From contig CAVSCK010000004.1 in the NCBI GenBank assembly GCA_963726455.1, forward strand, positions 128,001 to 192,000: DNA of 64,000 bases, in the 5' to 3' direction. Shown here in pieces: positions 57,417 through 64,000 of this stretch. How positions within the stretch are numbered: position 1 is the first letter of the stretch; every line of letters starts with the position of its first letter. The position numbers and the translations under genes were made by a program. The notes beneath the pieces are model-generated. The model was not told the origin of the DNA and did no database searches. It saw only the letters and a program-made list of their open reading frames with translations. The stretch is from an uncultured bacterium. Its GTDB lineage: Bacteria; Zixibacteria; MSB-5A5; CAIYYT01.

Positions 57417-60400
57417 ATGATGAAAAGGTTAATGGTCTTGATGGTGGGGTTGGTGCTGGTGATTGTCGCGGTCGGAAAAGGAGCGACGATTCATGTGCCG
57501 GCGGATCAGCCGACGATTCAGGCGGGGATCAATGCGGCGGTGGATGGGGATACGGTGTTGGTGGCGGCGGGGCTATACAGAGAAGACACTCTGACCATTA
57601 GCAGCAAATATCTGACAATTCGTGGATCGTTCAACCCAGACACAACTTTCTTTGACGGCCGCATGGTCGTGAACAACTCTAACGTCGTTATTCGGACAGT
57701 GGCGTTCACTCATTTGGGTTCATTGAATGAATCGGGGGGTGTGTTCTACGGTGTATCCAGTGACCTCGACGCAGACTCTATAGTCGTGCAAGAAAGCAAG
57801 GCCATAAAGGGCGGTGCGCTCTGCATAGAGAATGGTGGTCGAATTGTAATATCACACTCTAACATCACTGGCTACGTCACATGCGAATCCCCATGCACAT
57901 GGGGAGAACGCGTTGGAGGAGCCATTTACGTGACCGCGAGGTCTTTCGTCATGTCTGAGTGTATCGTGAGCGGTTACGCAAACTACGAACCACGGGATGG
58001 CAAAGCCGCCGGTGGGGCGCTCTATCTGAATTGTGATACGGTTGCTATATGCGGGAGCGACGTGAGCGGGTATGCCAGAGCTTGGTCTGGAGGCGCCAAT
58101 GTAGCCGAGGGAGGCGTCATACGCTGTTCGGCAGTCACTTATCGTTCGAGGGGTAACGTGTTTTCTGGTTACGCTCAGGCCGATGGTAATAAGGTGACGC
58201 CTGCTGACTATCCATCCGCCGACAGTCGTGGTGGTGCCTTATTCTTGAACGTCCACGATGGGTATATCGTCGATGACATATACAGGCAGTGCTACAGTTC
58301 GGCATCATATTGGACAACTCTGGGGCATGGTAACGGAGCCAAAGCGTTCGGAGGAGCCATTTACGCGACAGGTTCAGGTACGGTCAAGATTTCCAATGCG
58401 GTATTCGATACGACTTTTGTTCAGGTATCCGATAGCACGGATAGTCTTCAGATTGCCCTTGGCGGTGCCGTCTACTCCGATTGCCAGACCACTATCGAGT
58501 GTGGAATTTTTCATTCGGTCTTGCCCGACTACGTATTTGGCGCTCAGTTGATCCCGTGCAGCGCCCCACCCAACCGCGTGTGGTACGTGTCTGCAGCAGG
58601 TTCATTGTGCTCCGAAGATGGGAGCGCCTATTTTCCACTGCAATCGATCCAAGGAGCCATCAACGTGGCGGTGGACGGCGATACAGTCATAGTTTTGCCC
58701 GGCTCTTACTACGAAGAGAACATTAGTTTAATGGGCAAATCGGTAATTTTGTCGAGCCGCTACATCTTTGACAACGATCCAAGTTATGTCGAAAACACGA
58801 AGATAATTGACACTCTCTGGTATTTGCACATCTATCAGTCGCGAAATCCTAGAATAATCTGCGAATCGGGAGAAGGTCCTAAGACTGTCATAAGCGGATT
58901 CAGCATTTATGGAAGTCAAGGAGTGAGGATCGCCAGTGCCTCACCGACAGTACAGAGCAACAAGTTCATGTGCTACAAGCGTGCTGGAGGTGGGGCCGGA
59001 ATTTACGTCAATAACGGTTCGAGCAGGATCACCGGAAATCACTTTAGCTGTTGGCTCGACATTATGGGTAGTGGTGGGGCCATCCTGGCAGAACACTCAT
59101 CGCTTTACATCGCAAACAACAGCTTTTCCAATTGCTATAGTCCTGAAGGAGGGGGTGCGATAGGTCTACAATTCGGGGACTCAACAGAAATTCGCAACTG
59201 CTTGTTTTCTGGAAATAGGGCATCTGTCGGAATGGCAGTGGCTGCGCAACAGTGTTCTCAGACCGTCATCGATTCGTGCAGATTTGAGGATCACTATGAC
59301 GGAACGAGTGTCGTAGATGGTGATGGCCTGAAGATCGAGAATTGCGTCTTTGTGAATCATATGCCGCAAGGGGAATCCAGCGCGCTAAGAGTCTCCGACT
59401 CGCGGATCGAATCTGATTCGATAAGCGGTTTTGCGTACGGAATTTACGTCAATGGTTGGGGTGGGTCGATTCGTAACTCCATTATTGAAGGTAATACTAT
59501 CGGCGTCAAGTTAGGTCTGCAGTCTTACATTAATTCGAGTAGGATAACAGGAAGTTCGCAGGTTGGCATTCTGAGTTACCTCTTCGACAACACCTGCAGT
59601 ATTGAATCGTGCTTTGTTGACGGAAATCGCGGAGCTATCGAAGTTACCGAGGAAGGCGGGACAATTCGGCGATGCGTGTTAGCAAACAACTTGGATTATG
59701 GCGTCCGAGGGTTAGGAGAAACCTCTTCGCCCCTTCTGATACAAAACAACACGATTTGGGGGGGCGCAATTGGATTGGAAATTGGCGCGACCAATATTGT
59801 CGAGAACAATGCTGTGGTGGCAGACTCAATAGGCATTGTACTAAACGGAGATGGGGGCCAAAGATATGCACCACTCAGCACGCAATACAATGACATTTGG
59901 TCTCCGAATCCTTTCCAGACCTGTTCTCCTATTCTGGGAGACACGTCCTTGAATTTGAACGTCAACGGGATCCCATGCGACAGTTTTCAGAACATCTTTC
60001 GCGACCCACTCTTCGTCAATTCTGCGGTGGGCGACTTCTCCTTGCAGTCGAATTCCCCTTGCATTGATGCGGGCAACCCAGATATGATGTTCTACGATCC
60101 CGATGGCACACGAAACGATATAGGTGCGCGTTTCTTTCCACATTGGATGAGTCTCAAGGGTGTCTTGGTTGAGGAACTGCCAACACCGACGCATATAGTC
60201 AGCCATTCTCCGGCAATCTCATGGTGGTATGAGAGTCTGCCAACGGCACTCCATCAAAGCAAATGCGAAATTGCCGTCGGAAGCGACTCCGATTGGACTT
60301 ACTCTGAGTTGTGGAATCCTTCACCGTTCAATTCGGCGGATACGTTTGTCGTGTACAATGGATCACCATTGACCGACGGTGCGACATACTGGTTGCGGCT

Positions 60401-61289
60401 GCGAGTGAACAATTCGCTGGTGTGGTCGGACTGGAAACAGATTTCGTTTCGGATGAACAGTGTTCCTTGTGTACCGCAGTTGCAGTTGCCACTATCGGGC
60501 GAGATCGTGACGACACAGCAGCCGACACTCTCGATTCGAAACTCCGCCGACGCGGAAAACGACAGTCTGGAATATATCTTCGAAATCTCTCAGGACAGTA
60601 TGTTCACGACCATGTTCAGCTTTGTCTCAAGACAGCAAGGCGACTCTGTAACATCCATTGTCATTGACTCAGTGTTGGCAGAGGACGTTAGGTACTGGTG
60701 GCGTGTTAAGGCGAGCGACTACTTTGAGCAGTCAGTCTATTCGCCGTCGCGGTCGTTCTATGTGAATAGTCACAACTCGCCCCCATCGGCATTTACCCTC
60801 ACCAGTCCTGTCAACACATTGACCACATCAGTCGCGACGCTCTTGCCGCAATTCATTTGGTCGGCCGCTTCTGATCCCGATCCGTTCGATTCTGTCCGTT
60901 ACTCCTTGTTCATTGCAGTCGATCAGCATTTTGTGTTTGCTAGCGAAGTATCTGATCTTCCAGCCAACTCGTTCGAAATAGCAGATTCACTCTCTTGGGG
61001 CACACGCTACTGGTGGAAAGTTAAAGCATACGATCCTCATGGTGCAGCAACTTGGTCTGGCCAGGTTTTCAGCTTCCGCACAGCCACTCTAGGCGACGCG
61101 GACGGTGATGCGTCAATCACTATTGCGGATGTCGTCTTCTTGGTGAATTACATCTTTGCCGACGGTGCAGCTCCGCAACCTTTGTTTACAGGAGACGCAA
61201 ACTGCGATGGCGGAATCAACATTGCGGACGCCGTTTACGTGATCAATTACATATTTGTAGATGGTTCGGCGCCGTGCGGGGAGTTCTAG
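57417..61289 (+). CDS. Large secreted parallel beta-helix protein with Fn3/Ig-like domains and C-terminal dockerin
   Basis: RBS GGAGG; signal peptide; TIHVPADQPTIQAGINAAVDGDTVLV; GGA(I/L) repeats; SPCIDAG...DIGA; YWWRVKA/YWWKVKA Fn3-like; GDADGDASITIADVVFLVNYIF dockerin. Confidence 0.88.
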   Translation: MMKRLMVLMVGLVLVIVAVGKGATIHVPADQPTIQAGINAAVDGDTVLVAAGLYREDTLTISSKYLTIRGSFNPDTTFFDGRMVVNNSNVVIRTVAFTHLGSLNESGGVFYGVSSDLDADSIVVQESKAIKGGALCIENGGRIVISHSNITGYVTCESPCTWGERVGGAIYVTARSFVMSECIVSGYANYEPRDGKAAGGALYLNCDTVAICGSDVSGYARAWSGGANVAEGGVIRCSAVTYRSRGNVFSGYAQADGNKVTPADYPSADSRGGALFLNVHDGYIVDDIYRQCYSSASYWTTLGHGNGAKAFGGAIYATGSGTVKISNAVFDTTFVQVSDSTDSLQIALGGAVYSDCQTTIECGIFHSVLPDYVFGAQLIPCSAPPNRVWYVSAAGSLCSEDGSAYFPLQSIQGAINVAVDGDTVIVLPGSYYEENISLMGKSVILSSRYIFDNDPSYVENTKIIDTLWYLHIYQSRNPRIICESGEGPKTVISGFSIYGSQGVRIASASPTVQSNKFMCYKRAGGGAGIYVNNGSSRITGNHFSCWLDIMGSGGAILAEHSSLYIANNSFSNCYSPEGGGAIGLQFGDSTEIRNCLFSGNRASVGMAVAAQQCSQTVIDSCRFEDHYDGTSVVDGDGLKIENCVFVNHMPQGESSALRVSDSRIESDSISGFAYGIYVNGWGGSIRNSIIEGNTIGVKLGLQSYINSSRITGSSQVGILSYLFDNTCSIESCFVDGNRGAIEVTEEGGTIRRCVLANNLDYGVRGLGETSSPLLIQNNTIWGGAIGLEIGATNIVENNAVVADSIGIVLNGDGGQRYAPLSTQYNDIWSPNPFQTCSPILGDTSLNLNVNGIPCDSFQNIFRDPLFVNSAVGDFSLQSNSPCIDAGNPDMMFYDPDGTRNDIGARFFPHWMSLKGVLVEELPTPTHIVSHSPAISWWYESLPTALHQSKCEIAVGSDSDWTYSELWNPSPFNSADTFVVYNGSPLTDGATYWLRLRVNNSLVWSDWKQISFRMNSVPCVPQLQLPLSGEIVTTQQPTLSIRNSADAENDSLEYIFEISQDSMFTTMFSFVSRQQGDSVTSIVIDSVLAEDVRYWWRVKASDYFEQSVYSPSRSFYVNSHNSPPSAFTLTSPVNTLTTSVATLLPQFIWSAASDPDPFDSVRYSLFIAVDQHFVFASEVSDLPANSFEIADSLSWGTRYWWKVKAYDPHGAATWSGQVFSFRTATLGDADGDASITIADVVFLVNYIFADGAAPQPLFTGDANCDGGINIADAVYVINYIFVDGSAPCGEF

Positions 61290-61370
61290 CGATCAGGGGT
61301 GTCAGGTCACACCATTCGCCCCGTGGGACGGGTCGAATGGCAGGACCGCGACACAACTTGTTAGTCGGCT

Positions 61371-61397
61371 CCGTCAGGAAGGGGTTCCTGACGGCGC
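61371..61397 (-). repeat. Family D hairpin repeat, copy 3 (inverted)
   Basis: Reverse complement GCGCCGTCAGGAACCCCTTCCTGACGG, one mismatch to 33272. Confidence 0.8.
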
Positions 61398-61468
61398 GCT
61401 GAAAGCATATGTGTTGGTAGGCGCGCTCCCTCACCCCCGGCCCAGTCAATATGAGACGCAGGTTCAAT

Positions 61469-61571
61469 CGCGCTCCCTCACCCCCGACCCCTCTCCCGAA
61501 GGGCGAGGGGAGAAAGTTGGTACACGCGCTCCCTCACCCCCGACCCCTCTCCCGAAGGGCGAGGGGAGAAA
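61469..61571 (+). repeat. Two tandem 47-bp CCCTCACCCC...CCCTCTCCCGAAGGGCGAGGGG palindromic repeats
   Basis: Identical copies 61469-61515 and 61525-61571 (period 56); partial copy near 61423. Confidence 0.88.
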
Positions 61572-61692
61572 TGGTGAGGCAAAATAAGAAAGGGTACCCG
61601 ATGAAGGTACCCTCGAACATTTAGTGCTGAATCGAAGCGACTTCAATTTCCAAAACGGTTGCGAAGTCGGGGCTTCGTGCGCTGTGGTCTGA

Positions 61693-63390
61693 TCAGCAGG
61701 GGTCTGGGCCCTCACGGAAAATATAGTTGATCAGATAGACGGCGTCAGCAATGTCGATTCCACTGCTGCAGTCGGCGTCGCCGGCCTGGATTGGATTCGG
61801 GGCTGCGCCATTGCCAAAAATATAAGTGATAAGATAAACAGCGTCAGAGATGTCGACGGAGCCGTCACCGTTGGCATCGCCATGAACATAAACGGGAGGC
61901 CCATAAACCACGTGGAGTGCCGACCAGGCGTTGACAATTCCCCAGCCATAGGTGTTGTCGGGTGTCGCGGCGCGACTGGCGGTAAGCATCATGGCCTGAC
62001 GAACCTGCTGGTTGGTCCAGGTTGGATGTGCTCCCCAGATAACGGCGGCAGCACCGGCAGTAAGCGGGCAAGAAAATGAAGTGCCGTCACCATAGGAGTA
62101 GGCCGAATTGCTGGTCGCCGAGGCGAGATAGCAGCTTGCACCCTGCGCACAAACTTCGGGTTTCATTCTGCCATCATAAGTCGGGCCACGGGAAGAGAAA
62201 TAGGTAATGCCGCCTGTGGAATAGACAGCGCCGACACTGAGAATGCTGTCGGCATCGGCAGGCGCACCCATGCTGGTGGCGCCGGGTCCGGAGTTGCCGA
62301 TCGAATTGCAGACGAGAATACCATAGCGCGCGGCCTGCAGTGCGGCCAAGGTTGTCACGCAGGTGCGGCCATTATAATCGGAAGTCGTATACCAGTCGGT
62401 ATATCCCAATGAAGAAGAAATAATGTCGGTGCCGATGGAGTCGACGAATTCGACGGCACGGACCCAGTTGTCTTCCTCGATCGGGGTCTCGGAGCGAATG
62501 TCCTCGGTCTTGCAGAGAATGAATGAGGCCTTGAAGGCGGGGCCATAATGAACGGTGGGGTTCTCGCCACCACAGGCAGACCAGGTTGAAGTTCCGTGGC
62601 TCCAGGCGCCCGGATCGTCATTGGCTTGGTTGTCGACGATGGTATCATTGAAAATGAAATCGTATTTCGCGAGCAGACGGCCTTCCGCCAGGATGTGTGA
62701 GAAGGAATTGTGCGTGGTGCGGAAACCGGAATCGAACATCGAGACTATCATGCCTTGCCCGAAGTAGCCGGAATCATGACAGGCAGGCACACTGATCTGC
62801 TGCAGTTGGCCGTAGGAGCTGCCGTATTCAAGGAATTGCGCGTCCAGAATGGATTTCTGCGGAGCATTTGACGGCTTGCCCTCGGTTGGAGGATCGTAGG
62901 ACTTCTTGAAGGCCGCGACCGGCTGGATTCTCTCTACGAAGGGGAAGTTGCCTATGAATCCGAGCGCCGATTTGTTGACCTCGAACGATGCAGCATTAAG
63001 CCATTTGGAGACGCGCCGGAGTTTGGCGCCGGTATTGGTGACGAGGTCGACATATTTCTGGTTCACGGCAAGATCGGCGAATTCCGGGCCGGTGACGCCA
63101 TGTTTGAGACGGCGCGCCAAAGCTCTCGGAGTCAGACTTTGAGTGGCGGACAGAGTGGCGGATTCCAGGTGGGCTTTATCGTAGATGCCCTTGTCAGTGA
63201 AGAATACCCACACTTTGACAGTGCCATCCGTTTGGTGTTTTTCAAGGTATTGGATAGCGCTGGGAGAGATGACAACGGCCTGCTTGGGTTTAACCAGGTC
63301 GGGATAAAGAATTGGCTCACGATTTTTGGCAATAACAAATGCAAAGGCAAGCAGAGTCAGCAAAGCGCCCCAACGTAACGTTCGAATCAT
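61693..63390 (-). CDS. Secreted S8 subtilisin-like serine peptidase with C-terminal dockerin
   Basis: Catalytic FDSGF, HGTST, GTSFSCP; oxyanion IGNSG; propeptide; GDANGDGSVDISDAVYLITYIF dockerin. Confidence 0.93.
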   Translation of the reverse strand: MIRTLRWGALLTLLAFAFVIAKNREPILYPDLVKPKQAVVISPSAIQYLEKHQTDGTVKVWVFFTDKGIYDKAHLESATLSATQSLTPRALARRLKHGVTGPEFADLAVNQKYVDLVTNTGAKLRRVSKWLNAASFEVNKSALGFIGNFPFVERIQPVAAFKKSYDPPTEGKPSNAPQKSILDAQFLEYGSSYGQLQQISVPACHDSGYFGQGMIVSMFDSGFRTTHNSFSHILAEGRLLAKYDFIFNDTIVDNQANDDPGAWSHGTSTWSACGGENPTVHYGPAFKASFILCKTEDIRSETPIEEDNWVRAVEFVDSIGTDIISSSLGYTDWYTTSDYNGRTCVTTLAALQAARYGILVCNSIGNSGPGATSMGAPADADSILSVGAVYSTGGITYFSSRGPTYDGRMKPEVCAQGASCYLASATSNSAYSYGDGTSFSCPLTAGAAAVIWGAHPTWTNQQVRQAMMLTASRAATPDNTYGWGIVNAWSALHVVYGPPVYVHGDANGDGSVDISDAVYLITYIFGNGAAPNPIQAGDADCSSGIDIADAVYLINYIFREGPDPC

Positions 63391-63710
63391 TTGTTCACCT
63401 CATGACAGGTACAGTTGCAGTAAGTTATACTGCCTCAATATATTACCAAAATCGTCGTTGTCAATCGCTATTTTGGTTTGTTGCGTTTTCCGCGTTCTCA
63501 TGCGAAAACTACTTTCATTATCGGCAGCAAGCAGTCAAGCGCAACGGGAAAGGTCGGGCGCACTGCGACGCAGTTTGGGGAAGTCGGTATGGGCTGATTC
63601 CCATACTGTAACGGTCTGTAGTGACACTTTCGAGGTAGGGCGACCCGATTCGCCGGTCGGCACGATAGCCAAAATGTTGTCAGACATTGAATTGGCTTTT
63701 TGCGGGGCAT

Positions 63711-63727
63711 TCGGCAGAATCCTTGCA
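63711..63727 (+). promoter_or_regulatory. Candidate sigma54 promoter of prepilin gene
   Basis: TCGGCAGAATCCTTGCA: GG(63713-14)-N10-GC(63725-26). Confidence 0.55.
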
Positions 63728-63765
63728 GAAGGAAAGGAGGAATTGATAGGTGACGGAGTGCGACT

Positions 63766-64000
63766 ATGAAGGCAAGATTGAAAAATGACCACGGCGTCTC
63801 GATGATGGAGATGATGATAGCATTGGTGATAGTCGGTTTGCTGGCGGCCCTCGCGGTGCCGAATATGGGCGGTGCTATTAAGAAGATGAAGTTCGACAAT
63901 GACGGCCGCGACATGGTGAGCACTCTGCGGCTGGCGCGCAGCATGGCGATAACGTTGCAGCAGCCGGTGGGAGTGTATTTTGACACGAACGATAAGAAGG
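63766..64000 (+). CDS. Prepilin-type (FimT/GspH-like) protein, 3' truncated by window
   Basis: Read by hand (absent from ORF track): MKARLKNDHG|VSMMEMMIALVIVGLLAALAVPN...LRLARSMAI, class III signal with Glu+5. Confidence 0.88.
   Translation, partial: MKARLKNDHGVSMMEMMIALVIVGLLAALAVPNMGGAIKKMKFDNDGRDMVSTLRLARSMAITLQQPVGVYFDTNDKK

Overview
High-GC (~55-60%) bacterial chromosomal segment. The C-terminal dockerins of the 'GDADxxGxIDISDAVYLIxYIF...PC' type, the LPS genes and the flagella point to candidate division Zixibacteria (inference). 1-14.7 kb: flagellar operon (fliK, flgD, flgE, flbD, fliLMNOPQ, then sigma54-driven fliR, flhBAFG, fliA). 14.7-23.8 kb: flagellum-linked accessory block with DUF2225, two PilZ proteins, a PAS-GAF kinase with a degenerate ATP domain, two receivers, a mini MCP-like protein, a catalytically dead CheB and FapA, ending at tRNA-Gly(CCC). 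24-42.4 kb: housekeeping (der, uppP, GT9, gmhB, AmmeMemoRadiSam radical SAM, aminotransferase, PEBP, DUF299 kinase/pyrophosphorylase, FMN riboswitch plus ribD-ribE-ribBA-ribH-nusB). 42.6-64 kb: DUF2723/TMEM260-like glycosylation cluster, surE, K+-independent H+-PPase and a prepilin. Four secreted dockerin proteins lie between 33 and 63.4 kb, one also carrying a cohesin-like domain. Intergenic regions hold several families of GTAG-type palindromic repeats. About ten conserved genes are split by single-base indels, most likely sequencing errors. Best candidates for new systems: a non-cellulosomal cohesin-dockerin surface system, a 'pseudo-enzyme' chemosensory-like module, a TMEM260-like glycosylation cluster, and repeat-bracketed gene cassettes.
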